A stretch of 64,000 bases of DNA from an uncultured Pseudobdellovibrionaceae bacterium (GCA_964628445.1 CAZVOP010000006.1:6723-70722), one strand, 5' to 3'; numbered from the stretch's first letter, positions 16,357 through 25,090 are shown. The notes: generated by a model from the letters alone, not told the origin. Numbers and translations are program-made.

Positions 16357-16647
16357 ATGGAAGACAAACTATCGGCGTCCAATACTGAACTTGGATTGAT
16401 TGAACGACATAGACTCCATATCAGTCAGCAGTCAGAAATACGTACCAAGTCCGATGGATCTGATAAAGATTGGTTCTTTGAAAATCGAGTGGCTCTTTCG
16501 GTCTCAGAAGCAGCTTTCGCACTAGGTGTATCTGTTCGCACTGTCGAACGAATGATTCGACGAAATGAACTTAGAATCCGCCGCCTAGGCAAACGCATTC
16601 TGATTCCGAAAGAAGAACTTGGAGCATGGCTCAGCCGAAAGGAATGA
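16357..16647 (+). CDS. excisionase/AlpA-type HTH DNA-binding protein
   Basis: LSVSEAAFALGVSVRTVERMIRRNELRIRRLGKRILIPKEEL matches the excisionase-family HTH pattern. It sits immediately upstream of the integrase. Confidence 0.7.
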   Translation: MEDKLSASNTELGLIERHRLHISQQSEIRTKSDGSDKDWFFENRVALSVSEAAFALGVSVRTVERMIRRNELRIRRLGKRILIPKEELGAWLSRKE

Positions 16648-16650
16648 GCT

Positions 16651-17862
16651 ATGTCCAAAATTGATAGAGCAGTGCCCAAACATCCACAGATTTATCGCGT
16701 TCATGATGTCGATAGTCTGGGAAAGATGAGCCCCACAAGCACGTATCGAGTTCGAAAGCGCGTAAAGGTTAACGGCAAGTGGAGTACAAAGGTGACAACC
16801 TTTAGCAGCTTCGAAGACGCCAAACATTTTGCGCGGCAAAAGTTCGACATCAACGTCATGGGTGCAATCCAAATGCGCTTTAGTGAAGTCCTCAGCAAGT
16901 TTTTGCACCATAAAGAATTTGAAGAGCTGCGCGCTCCGGGTACGATTCACGGTTATCGATCAAGAGCTAAGCATTTTAAATTCTTCGATGACCTTTCCAT
17001 GCGCGATATCACACCTCAAGTGATCGACGGATGGGCGAATCTCATGCTTGATCCGCAGTACAAGGCACTTCAACAAAGCTCCAGAGCGGACTACGACCAT
17101 GAACTGACTTTGCTTTCCGCGATCCTGAGATATCATCGCGAGTATTGGGATGAAACTTACGTCGTCCCAATTATGAGACGACACCGAAAGCGGCTTTGCC
17201 CTCATCGAAAATGTAAGGACGAGATTCGCTACCTCTCCGGTGAGCAAGAACTTCTTTTTCTTGAAGCGCTGAAGCCTTGGCCAGTTGTCCACGATATCGC
17301 CTTATTCCAGCTCCATACCGGGGCTCGCATCGGTGAAGCCGCCGCGATGGATTTTGGCGCGGTCGAATTTGTGAAACATCAGGTTCATATTCGACAACAT
17401 CTTCACTGGGACCGAGTTAAGAAGGGGCAAATATCGATCTTAAAGGGCACCAAGGCCGGACCGGATCGAACCGTGCCTCTAACGTCGGAATGTCTTGATA
17501 TGCTTCGCCATCGCTACCAGACACGCTCTGGATCGGTTGTATTCGCCGACCCCAAACGCGTTACTGGGTGGATGCACTACAGGAGTATTCAAGCCATCTA
17601 TGATCGAGCTTTTGAGAGGCTTGGCTTTTCTCACCGTGGAACCCACACCCTTAGACACACTTTCGCCGTTCGCTTTCTCGAACAAACGAAGGACGTCTAT
17701 GCACTTCAGCGGGCGCTTGGACATACGGATCTGGAAATGACGATGAGATATGCGAAGTACTCCAACGATTCCGTGCGAAAAGCGTTTCAAATTTTTCGCG
17801 GTGGAAGAGAAAACGCCAAAGGTGACGTTCCAAATTTGTTACATGGAACAAGCACCCAATGA
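16651..17862 (+). CDS. int: tyrosine recombinase / phage-type integrase
   Basis: The C-terminal catalytic blocks are TGARIGEA, HTLRHTFAVRFL and LGHTDLEMTMRYAKY (R..HxxR..H..Y). It ends 35 nt from the tRNA-Ser 3' end. Confidence 0.9.
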   Translation: MSKIDRAVPKHPQIYRVHDVDSLGKMSPTSTYRVRKRVKVNGKWSTKVTTFSSFEDAKHFARQKFDINVMGAIQMRFSEVLSKFLHHKEFEELRAPGTIHGYRSRAKHFKFFDDLSMRDITPQVIDGWANLMLDPQYKALQQSSRADYDHELTLLSAILRYHREYWDETYVVPIMRRHRKRLCPHRKCKDEIRYLSGEQELLFLEALKPWPVVHDIALFQLHTGARIGEAAAMDFGAVEFVKHQVHIRQHLHWDRVKKGQISILKGTKAGPDRTVPLTSECLDMLRHRYQTRSGSVVFADPKRVTGWMHYRSIQAIYDRAFERLGFSHRGTHTLRHTFAVRFLEQTKDVYALQRALGHTDLEMTMRYAKYSNDSVRKAFQIFRGGRENAKGDVPNLLHGTSTQ

Positions 17863-17896
17863 GTTTTCTAAGTGATTTCAACAGGTCCCAAAGAAC

Positions 17897-17914
17897 TGGC
17901 GGAGAGGGGGGGAT
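17897..17914. repeat. attR: 18-bp repeat within the tRNA-Ser 3' end
   Basis: Identical to 4758-4775. Confidence 0.75.
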
Positions 17915-17989
17915 TTGAACCCCCGGTACAGGTTTACCCTGTACGACAGTTTAGCAAACTGCTGGTTTAAGCCACTCACCCACCTCTCC
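17897..17989 (-). tRNA. tRNA-Ser(GCU): tRNA-Ser (anticodon GCU)
   Basis: The reverse complement folds as acceptor GGAGAGG/CCTCTCC, anticodon stem-loop GCAGT-TTGCTAA-ACTGT, long variable arm, T-arm GGGGG-TTCAAAT-CCCCC, with encoded CCA. Confidence 0.9.
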
Positions 17990-18124
17990 AGCGGGATAAA
18001 CTTGACCGTGAAAAACTGAAGCTGCCATAGGCCCCCCCTAGAATCAAGTGCCCGGAACCCCTAAAGATCCTTGCCTTATGGGCAACTAATGTCTAAAAAC
18101 GTGTTTCCTAATTCAAGGAAATGC

Positions 18125-18201
18125 GCGCTCGTAGCTCAGCTGGATAGAGTACTTGACTACGAATCAAGTGGTCGGAGGTTCAAATCCTTCCGGGCGCGCC
18201 A
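18125..18201 (+). tRNA. tRNA-Arg(ACG): tRNA-Arg (anticodon ACG)
   Basis: GCGCTCG acceptor, TAGCTCAGCTGGATAGAGT D-arm, anticodon loop CTACGAA, T-arm GGAGGTTCAAATCCTTC, CGGGCGC-G-CCA. Confidence 0.9.
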
Positions 18202-18253
18202 ATTTTTTCTTTCCCTTGACCTAATGCCAACCCTGCGACATTTTTGGCGAATT

Positions 18254-18982
18254 ATGAAAAAGCTTTTCCTGATTCTGTTGCTCCCTGGATCCCTCGCCCT
18301 CGCCGCCGTCATCGGCACCAGCCCCGAAAAAATCGAGCGGGAATATGATGGCGCCCTCGTCGAAAAGCTCCATGTCGAAAACACCTCGGGCCGCATTAAC
18401 ATCACCGCCGGCGACCGCCCGCGCATCGTGATCACCGCTGCAAAGATTAAATTTCCCGAGAAGTGCGCTCTTATCACCGAAAAGTCCGAGTTCAACGAAG
18501 TCCTCGTGCGTGTCGAGCGTCCGGTCGCCAGCGAGTGCCAAATCGACCTTGATATTCAAGTGCCCAAAGAGATCTCGCTGAACTTATGGTCGGGCTCGGG
18601 GCACATCAATGTGGCCGGCATCCGCGGCAATCTGGTTTTCAATGTCGGTAGCGGAACGGTAAATGCCAACGGCGAATTCGCCAAGATTGACGGCAAATCC
18701 GGCAGCGGCGACGTCACCATCAACGGCATCGCGGGCGGCGGGCAGGTCAGCGTCGGCAGCGGTAATGTGAATTTAAAATTCTTAGAGGACCTTCAAGGTG
18801 CGATCGACGTGAAAACCGGCAGCGGTAACGCCAACCTCGCCTTCCCGAAGGGTTCCAAAATCAAAGCCGAACTGGGCGCGGGTAGCGGCGATGTTTCGAA
18901 TGACATCGACACCTCCGACTCCGCCGATTTCGGTGTTTCGGTAAAAACGGGTTCGGGCGATCTTAAGATCAAAGCCTACTGA
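18254..18982 (+). CDS. secreted beta-strand repeat protein (DUF4097-like)
   Basis: Start moved to MKKLFLILLLPGSLALA (signal peptide) because ORF 18071 overlaps tRNA-Arg. The repeated GSGxVN/TI units (SGSGHINV, GSGTVNA, GSGDVTI, GSGNVNL, GSGNANL, GSGDVSN, GSGDLKI) are typical of DUF4097-type repeats. Confidence 0.5.
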   Translation: MKKLFLILLLPGSLALAAVIGTSPEKIEREYDGALVEKLHVENTSGRINITAGDRPRIVITAAKIKFPEKCALITEKSEFNEVLVRVERPVASECQIDLDIQVPKEISLNLWSGSGHINVAGIRGNLVFNVGSGTVNANGEFAKIDGKSGSGDVTINGIAGGGQVSVGSGNVNLKFLEDLQGAIDVKTGSGNANLAFPKGSKIKAELGAGSGDVSNDIDTSDSADFGVSVKTGSGDLKIKAY

Positions 18983-18988
18983 GGACGG

Positions 18989-19459
18989 ATGAAACAAAAA
19001 GTCGGAATTTATTTTTGGGTGAGAGTCATCGTTATGTGCGCGGCTCTCGTCGCGGTCATCACCATCATGTTCCGGCTGAACTCGCCCCCCTCTAGCGAAC
19101 TCAACATTTGCCCGACCCGAGTATCCTCCGTCGCCGTAATCGGAAGCATGGCACTCATGCAAGACGGCATGACTTGGTACCGCGCTAAAGGCGGCCAGCG
19201 TGAAGAGCTTGAGCCGGTCGCCGTCGAAAAGTGGTTCGGTCTTCACTGCAAGGTCGACATCGAGGCCGTCAGTGGACCTGCGCCCAAAGAAACCCATCCT
19301 TGGGTGACGCTGGCCTACGTTTCGGGCGTGCCGAAGACCGTGCAACGCGCGGAAGACATTTATATGTGGGATGGCCGCTATTTTCGCTCAACTGAATTGA
19401 CCCAAGCGATGACCGAACTTGAAAGCTTGCCGTCGGCGAAGAAACCAGGCCAAAATTGA
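18989..19459 (+). CDS. hypothetical membrane-anchored protein
   Basis: 156-aa ORF with an N-terminal TM (VIVMCAALVAVITIMF). No motif recognised. Confidence 0.4.
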   Translation: MKQKVGIYFWVRVIVMCAALVAVITIMFRLNSPPSSELNICPTRVSSVAVIGSMALMQDGMTWYRAKGGQREELEPVAVEKWFGLHCKVDIEAVSGPAPKETHPWVTLAYVSGVPKTVQRAEDIYMWDGRYFRSTELTQAMTELESLPSAKKPGQN

Positions 19460-19482
19460 ATGCAAAGCTTAAAGGAGTGCCC

Positions 19483-19968
19483 ATGTTGCGCTTAATCATC
19501 GTTCTTGTCGCCGCGTTTTCAATTCCTGCCTTTGCGCAACCGCAAGGGAAGGCCCCGAACTCACCCCCGTCCCTCGATAATAATGGTGGCGGACGTAAGG
19601 GCATGGGCAAATCCAAGGGACGAGCGGGCCGTATTGGTAGCTATCCCGCCTGTGTGCCGCTCAAAGAAGCTTGCGAAAGGGCCGGATTCTCTAAATCTCA
19701 GCCGCGCAATTCGCCAAAAAACATCGTCCTCGGTTGCATGGCCCCTTTCTCCCGCGGTGAACGCATAACGGGCATCACGCTTAAAACCACCGATCCGCTG
19801 ATTCAGCCTTGCATTGCATTTATAAAATCAAAATTGGACAACAAGTCCGCTGCGGACGGCGTTGCACCGAACGTTCCACCGCCTGCACAGCCCGCACCGT
19901 CTGCACCGAAGATGCCTATTGCTCCGGCAAAACCGGCACCTCCGGCCGCCAAACCGGCAGGCCGTTAG
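19483..19968 (+). CDS. secreted proline-rich protein
   Basis: AAAGGAG lies 5 nt upstream of ATG 19483. It has a signal peptide (MLRLIIVLVAAFSIPAFA) and a Pro/Ala-rich C-terminus. Confidence 0.45.
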   Translation: MLRLIIVLVAAFSIPAFAQPQGKAPNSPPSLDNNGGGRKGMGKSKGRAGRIGSYPACVPLKEACERAGFSKSQPRNSPKNIVLGCMAPFSRGERITGITLKTTDPLIQPCIAFIKSKLDNKSAADGVAPNVPPPAQPAPSAPKMPIAPAKPAPPAAKPAGR

Positions 19969-20044
19969 CGTCTTCGACCTCCGCGTCATGTCGGCATGAA
20001 TTGACAACGAGTAAGGCGTTCTTTATTCAATAGATTCCCACTGT

Positions 20045-20120
20045 TCAGGCGTAGCTCAGTTGGTAGAGCAAGCGGCTGTTAACCGCTTTGTCGGGGGTTC
20101 GAGTCCCTCCGCCTGAGCCA
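20045..20120 (+). tRNA. tRNA-Asn(GUU): tRNA-Asn (anticodon GUU)
   Basis: TCAGGCG acceptor, TAGCTCAGTTGGTAGAGC D-arm, anticodon loop CTGTTAA, T-arm GGGGGTTCGAGTCCCTC, CGCCTGA-G-CCA. Confidence 0.9.
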
Positions 20121-20360
20121 ATTTTCACTCTTCATTTTATGGTACCCGGCGGGGTTTCGCGTTTTTGGCGGAATCTTGATGGAGGGACTTGAGTCCTTCG
20201 GGCTCAACGCTTTGCCGTGCTCGCCTCCGCTCGCGAGGCGTCGCGTACGACATCGCTTCAAAACAGTCCGCTGGACTGCTTTGCCGCGATCGAAACCTCC
20301 GCCTGAGGCCGAAGTGGCACTCGGCTTGCTTTATTCATTAGCTCAAAGAGAGAGAGCGAT

Positions 20361-21494
20361 ATGAAGGCCATAAAACCGATCATCTGTTGGGCATTGGTGA
20401 CCTTATTTGTAACGGCCGCGAACGCCGAAACTATGGCCCGCTCAAACGGCCAGAAACCTGTTTTCGATCCCTCCGCAGCGATGGAGCAACGGCTTCAGCG
20501 GGACGTTATGGCGGCCGTTCAGCAGGCGCAGATGACCGGCCATGCACCCGAAGGTATGGGCTTCTTAACGCCGGATTCCCGCCTTTTGCCGGACGCCGTG
20601 AAGAGAGCCGCCAACTCCGTATTTGCGATCGCCGTCCCTGCAGGCGACATCGTTAAAGCCAGCGCTCTCTTTGGCCCCCTCCCCCTCGAAGAGGTTATTC
20701 GCAAACTTCAGACTATTCCGAACAGTGCGAACTTCGGGCCGGCAGACCGCGCGATTTACGCCTACCAAGTGAATGAATGCATTCGCCAAAAAGTGCGAGA
20801 CTGCCTCATGTTCGATGGAATTTCCTATGGAACCGCGTTTGTCACGGGTGACGGCCGGGATTTAAGAACGGCCCTGCATGTGGTGAGCGACTTTTCGAAA
20901 AACGCACGCGCTAAACGTGCCTCGGGTCAAATCCCGGTCTACCTCTTGGGTTCAAACGGACAGATCGTCTTTGGACCTCACAACGTCAGTGCCACGGTCG
21001 CCGCCACCTATGACGGCGCATTGGATGCTTCCATTTATGAGGGCAAGAATTTCGGTCAATTTAATTTGGATCAAGTTTTAATTAAGCTCAGCACGCGCAT
21101 CGCCAATCCCATTCCCATCGCGGATCGAGCGCTTCGCGACGGCGAGCCGGCATTTATCGCCGGCGTCGCTAAACGAACTCAGGATCGTGCGATCTTCAGT
21201 GCACGCGACGCTGATGGCACATCCGTGAGAATCAGCCGAGGCACCGCGATGGGTTCAAGAAGCCTTATGGAGCGTCTTGAGAAGGCCGGATTTTACACGA
21301 ACGAAACGGCGACTTCGCAAATGCTCCGCGAGGGAACGGCGGTAACCGCCGACGGCGCCCCCCGCTCATCGGGTGGAGCGATTTTGAATGCTAAAGGTGA
21401 AGTTGTCGGCGTTTATAACTCGGGGCTACCGCAGTCCGGAGCGGCTTTTCCGTTTCGGGTGAGTTACGGCGGGAACTCCTTGATCCAACCCTAA
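20361..21494 (+). CDS. secreted trypsin-like (S1 family) serine peptidase candidate
   Basis: Signal peptide. TAFVTGDGRDLRTALHVV is a His-box-like block, and the C-terminal APRSSGGAILNAKGEVVGVYNSG is a GxSGG-type Ser box. Confidence 0.5.
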   Translation: MKAIKPIICWALVTLFVTAANAETMARSNGQKPVFDPSAAMEQRLQRDVMAAVQQAQMTGHAPEGMGFLTPDSRLLPDAVKRAANSVFAIAVPAGDIVKASALFGPLPLEEVIRKLQTIPNSANFGPADRAIYAYQVNECIRQKVRDCLMFDGISYGTAFVTGDGRDLRTALHVVSDFSKNARAKRASGQIPVYLLGSNGQIVFGPHNVSATVAATYDGALDASIYEGKNFGQFNLDQVLIKLSTRIANPIPIADRALRDGEPAFIAGVAKRTQDRAIFSARDADGTSVRISRGTAMGSRSLMERLEKAGFYTNETATSQMLREGTAVTADGAPRSSGGAILNAKGEVVGVYNSGLPQSGAAFPFRVSYGGNSLIQP

Positions 21495-21583
21495 GAGTTA
21501 GATTCGCCGCCCTGATCTTGTAACTGAGGAATAGCAATTGCAGAAGCAAGCCTTTCGTAAGGGAAAGATGCTGAAGGCTCGCC

Positions 21584-22315
21584 ATGGTAAAAAAATTCAT
21601 CTCTGTCATAATTATTCTATCTATCCACGCACCGATCGCGGTGGCGCAGTCACATTCCGAATCGTCGAGACTGGATGCTCCGATCGCCCCTCTAAAGGCG
21701 CATTCTCTTCTCTGGACAAATCTTCGCGTCGTTGATCCCACCCTCAATGACCAAACTCCCTTTCGGCAAATCGTCACGCAAACGTTTCTCGCTCGTTTTC
21801 TTGCGAACTGCCCACTCGGTGCCCAAAACGAAGGGATGAGCCCCGAACCATTGGAGGTCTTGGAGCTTCGCAAGGCACTCCGAGAAGAAGGCCTGCCGGC
21901 CAATTTGACGGAAGAAGAACTAAAGGTCTTCGAATCCGACCCCGGGGATTTTCGCTTCCGGCTGCTTGATGACATTCAGTTCGTTAAGCGCTTTCATGGA
22001 GGAGGCAATTTCGCAAAACGGGTGAAATACAATGGGCTTCACTTCGTGATCGATTTTATCAAAGCGTACGCGGTCGAACGCATGCGCAAGCCCAGCTTCA
22101 GATTTAAGAACTATCTTGGTGTTTCTCAAGTCAACATGGACCAAGCCGCGGCCGTTATTGGCGAACTGGATGTAAATTGCGAATCACTGATTGCGAATTC
22201 GCACGTCGGCCCCGTTCCGTTCGAGCCGCCATTTTTTGCTAGAATCCGCGAAGCCAACAAACAGCACCGTCGGCAATTCGACATGGCCTTTGATCCGAAG
22301 AAAACACTGCATTAG
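21584..22315 (+). CDS. hypothetical secreted protein
   Basis: 243-aa ORF with a signal peptide (MVKKFISVIIILSIHAPIAVA). No motif recognised. Confidence 0.4.
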   Translation: MVKKFISVIIILSIHAPIAVAQSHSESSRLDAPIAPLKAHSLLWTNLRVVDPTLNDQTPFRQIVTQTFLARFLANCPLGAQNEGMSPEPLEVLELRKALREEGLPANLTEEELKVFESDPGDFRFRLLDDIQFVKRFHGGGNFAKRVKYNGLHFVIDFIKAYAVERMRKPSFRFKNYLGVSQVNMDQAAAVIGELDVNCESLIANSHVGPVPFEPPFFARIREANKQHRRQFDMAFDPKKTLH

Positions 22316-22317
22316 TA

Positions 22318-23013
22318 ATGTCATCTCCTCAACTGGGCTTACGGAAGGAGCGCTACCTGCCAAAAGCAAAACGTAAAAGCTTACCGCCGCCCAGGATCTT
22401 CACGGTCGGGCATTCCAACCGCTCCGCGCGCGAATTCGTCGAATTGCTAAATGCGTACAAACTAAAACTACTGATCGATGTGCGCACTATCCCGAAATCC
22501 CGGCACAATCCGCAGTTCGGCGGAACACGCCTAAAGAAAACCCTGGCGAAGCACGGGATCGAGTACGTGCACATGGCCAGTCTCGGCGGGCTTCGCCACA
22601 CCACCAAAGATTCGCCGAACAAAGCGTGGAGGAACACGTCCTTTCGTGGATACGCGGACTATATGCAGACCGAGGAATTCAAGAAGAGCTTGCGTCGCCT
22701 GATCGCGCGCTCGAAGCGCAAACGTTTGGTTATGATGTGCGCGGAGGCCGTGCCGTGGCGATGCCATCGTTCATTGGTCGGCGATGCGCTCTTGATTCGT
22801 GGACTCCATGTGGAAGACATCTTCACGAAGTCGTCCCATCGTCCTCACCGCCTTACGCCGTTTGCCAAGGTGGCTGGAGAGAAGATCACCTATCCTAGTG
22901 TTCCCGGCCATCCACTCGCGCTTGCCACAAAAATGGAATCAGGCGAAAGCCTAAAAGCGAAAAGCACAAAAACCAAGCGCCTGCCGCGCAGGCAATCCAC
23001 AAAGCGTAATTAG
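22318..23013 (+). CDS. DUF488 family protein
   Basis: IFTVGHSNRSAREFVELL ... LIDVRTIPKSRHNPQF ... MMCAEAVPWRCHRSLV are the conserved DUF488 blocks. The basic C-terminal tail overlaps the convergent nnrS 3' end. Confidence 0.75.
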   Translation: MSSPQLGLRKERYLPKAKRKSLPPPRIFTVGHSNRSAREFVELLNAYKLKLLIDVRTIPKSRHNPQFGGTRLKKTLAKHGIEYVHMASLGGLRHTTKDSPNKAWRNTSFRGYADYMQTEEFKKSLRRLIARSKRKRLVMMCAEAVPWRCHRSLVGDALLIRGLHVEDIFTKSSHRPHRLTPFAKVAGEKITYPSVPGHPLALATKMESGESLKAKSTKTKRLPRRQSTKRN

Positions 23014-24058
23014 CCGGCCACAGTTGTGTGGCCAATAAGCGAAACATCGCCCCCACGCCCATGATCCAAATCGCGGCGCGGTCACTCCGCGTGAACTGCA
23101 GCTTACGCCCCGTATGTCCTTGGCAAATGCGAATCAACATCGCCGGGATGATAATCGCCATCGTCAAAAACACAAACGTGTGGGTTGCAATCGCGCCGAC
23201 CACCGGCAAATTTCCCGCGACACGAAGACATTCCAAAACTAAATGCAGAACTATACCCAAATATCCCACATACATGACCGCGATATTGAATTGCGAAAGG
23301 CCCGCAAGCGGCCGCCACAGAAAAAAGCGAATCAATAACAGAGCAGCCAACAACGCCAGCGCCACCACGCCCAAGGGTAAAGGCAAAAACGGCTGAAACA
23401 CCGAAAGCATCGCCAACCCTTTGATCGACATGTCCAAAGGTTTAATCCGCCGCAGTTGGATCGCCATCGCGCTTTTCATAAACTGCGTGACCGTGCGCTC
23501 AAGCATGACGATAAAGGCCAAGCGAAACAGCCCAAGGCTCATCACCCAGCCCGTAGCAAATGTTTCATCCACCAGAATCAGATTTTTCGCCACCACAAAA
23601 AGCGGAAGCGCGACGATAAAGAAATAGTTGTCGCTAAATGTATCTTGTTTTCTATATCGCACCAGGGACCAAACGACATAAGCCGCGATGAAAATCACCG
23701 AGCCGTTCACCAAAGGCCACCACAGTAACGCCGGAATATCGGCGCGAAATAAGATCACGGCGCGCTCCACGCACCAAGCCAGCACCGCAAAGGCTAAGGG
23801 AAATCCATGAATACCGCGAATCTTCACCCAATTTTTGCTGGCGGTCAGAAGAAAGCCGCCGATCATGGACCAGCCGAAGCCGAAAAACATTTCGTGCGCA
23901 TGCCATTGTAGAGTGCTGAGTCCGCCACCCGGAAGCTGAATTGTGCCGCTAAAAGCCGCGGCCCAAATCAGCGGGTACAGCGCGCCGGAAATTATCGCCA
24001 AAGTGAAAAACGGTCGGAATCCCGCCTGCCATATCGGTTGGTGAAAAAAGTTTTTCAC
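22895..24058 (-). CDS. nnrS: NnrS family membrane protein
   Basis: The N-terminus has PIWQAGFRPFFTLA, and there are ~12 predicted TM helices, typical of NnrS. GTG start overlaps the globin stop (GTGA). Confidence 0.7.
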   Translation of the reverse strand: MKNFFHQPIWQAGFRPFFTLAIISGALYPLIWAAAFSGTIQLPGGGLSTLQWHAHEMFFGFGWSMIGGFLLTASKNWVKIRGIHGFPLAFAVLAWCVERAVILFRADIPALLWWPLVNGSVIFIAAYVVWSLVRYRKQDTFSDNYFFIVALPLFVVAKNLILVDETFATGWVMSLGLFRLAFIVMLERTVTQFMKSAMAIQLRRIKPLDMSIKGLAMLSVFQPFLPLPLGVVALALLAALLLIRFFLWRPLAGLSQFNIAVMYVGYLGIVLHLVLECLRVAGNLPVVGAIATHTFVFLTMAIIIPAMLIRICQGHTGRKLQFTRSDRAAIWIMGVGAMFRLLATQLWPANYALWIACAAGAWFLCFSLLGFRLIPFLWQARVDGREH

Positions 24059-24474
24059 ATGCTTCTTCGCATGTATTCATTTTTGGCCGACAGGGCTTCG
24101 CCCATCCGATTGGCGAGAGTGCCCCAAAGCTCGGCTTGCTCGGGGCGCAGGCTTGAGTTCAGCGCCTCCCAAAATAATCCAAGCCAGCGCGCTAAGAATT
24201 CTTGATTGAATCCAGCCTCGAAATGTTTTGCGACCGGATTGTAAGAAACGGCCAGATAGGGCCGGCCGCCCAGCCGCATCCACCAAAAATGTGTCAGACG
24301 CTCAATATGATGAGGCCAGTCGCCGACGGTGCTGAAGGGCACGCTCAGCATTTCGTCTTTTTCAACGACTCTATAAAATTTGTCGATAACCGTACTCACG
24401 TCCTGAAACGTAAACGTCACCGAATTCGCCGTAATGAAATCCGCCGCTTGCGGGCGCACCAGTTCGAACGACAT
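24055..24474 (-). CDS. truncated hemoglobin (group III-like)
   Basis: IDKFYRVVEKDEMLSVPF ... WPHHIERLTHFWWMRLGGRPY ... QEFLARWLGLFWEAL parallels the Ctb-type trHb pattern (W..H....FW...LG..Y / QEFF..WL.LF.E.L). Start set at MSFELV (ATG 24474). Confidence 0.6.
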   Translation of the reverse strand: MSFELVRPQAADFITANSVTFTFQDVSTVIDKFYRVVEKDEMLSVPFSTVGDWPHHIERLTHFWWMRLGGRPYLAVSYNPVAKHFEAGFNQEFLARWLGLFWEALNSSLRPEQAELWGTLANRMGEALSAKNEYMRRSM

Positions 24475-24475
24475 A

Positions 24476-25090
24476 TCAATCCCACTTCTGCTGGCGAAGT
24501 TCGGCCTCACCGGCCCAAGGACCCGTGTGGTCCTTCGTTTTTTCGCGCACCGATTGAACCGCCTCGAGCGTTATGCCATCAGACTTATTGCTCCAAGCTT
24601 GACGGACATATGTCACCACCGCGGCGATATCTTCATCTTTAAGCTGATCTTTAAGCGGCGGCATGGCCGCCTGAAACTTCTGCCCCTTAACGGTGATCTC
24701 GCCCTGAAGGCCGTGCAGCACGATCGCTGCGACCATCGCGGGAGAGCCGCTCACCCACTCCGAACCGTCAAGCGGCGGAAAGGCTCCGGGAATTCCCGCG
24801 CCGTTCGCCTGATGACAAGCCTGACATGTGGTGGTGAAAACTCTTTTGCCGTTTTCCACTAGTGCTGCGGGATTGCCACCCGCGGGTGGGGGTACCGCAG
24901 TCGTGACCGCGGTCCGGCTGTCGCCCGCATCCACTTTGGTGTTGTCCGTCTTTAGAGTTAAAAACGTCACTCCAAAACCGATAAACATCGACAGCAATAT
25001 CACCGGCACATAAATAAATTTTATCGAGTTTCCTTCGACCGGATCCGGCTTTTCGTTGGCAATCCGATCTGCTTTGAATTTGTCCGTCAT
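24476..25090 (-). CDS. membrane-anchored monoheme c-type cytochrome (in the ccoP position)
   Basis: N-terminal TM and a single CQACHQ heme-binding site with a downstream Met. The ATG overlaps the ccoO stop (ATGA). Confidence 0.7.
   Translation of the reverse strand: MTDKFKADRIANEKPDPVEGNSIKFIYVPVILLSMFIGFGVTFLTLKTDNTKVDAGDSRTAVTTAVPPPAGGNPAALVENGKRVFTTTCQACHQANGAGIPGAFPPLDGSEWVSGSPAMVAAIVLHGLQGEITVKGQKFQAAMPPLKDQLKDEDIAAVVTYVRQAWSNKSDGITLEAVQSVREKTKDHTGPWAGEAELRQQKWD

Larger units (their letters stand above)
4758..17914. mobile_element. integrative genomic island (replicative, satellite/IME-like) inserted in tRNA-Ser(GCU)
   Basis: Perfect 18-bp direct repeats at both ends. The integrase, excisionase-type HTH and PrimPol/VirE genes sit at the tRNA-proximal end. 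There is an ImmR/ImmA-like regulatory pair. The cargo is AT-richer than the flanking core. No structural phage or conjugation genes are present. Confidence 0.7.

Noticed and set aside
18071-18253. N-terminal 61 codons of ORF 18071-18982
   Set aside because: They overlap tRNA-Arg (18125-18201) on the same strand. The downstream ATG 18254 gives a clean signal peptide.
18852-18860. Extra copy of GTTCCAAAA outside the island
   Set aside because: It lies inside a CDS in core DNA. It is taken as the chance background occurrence against which the four island copies are judged.
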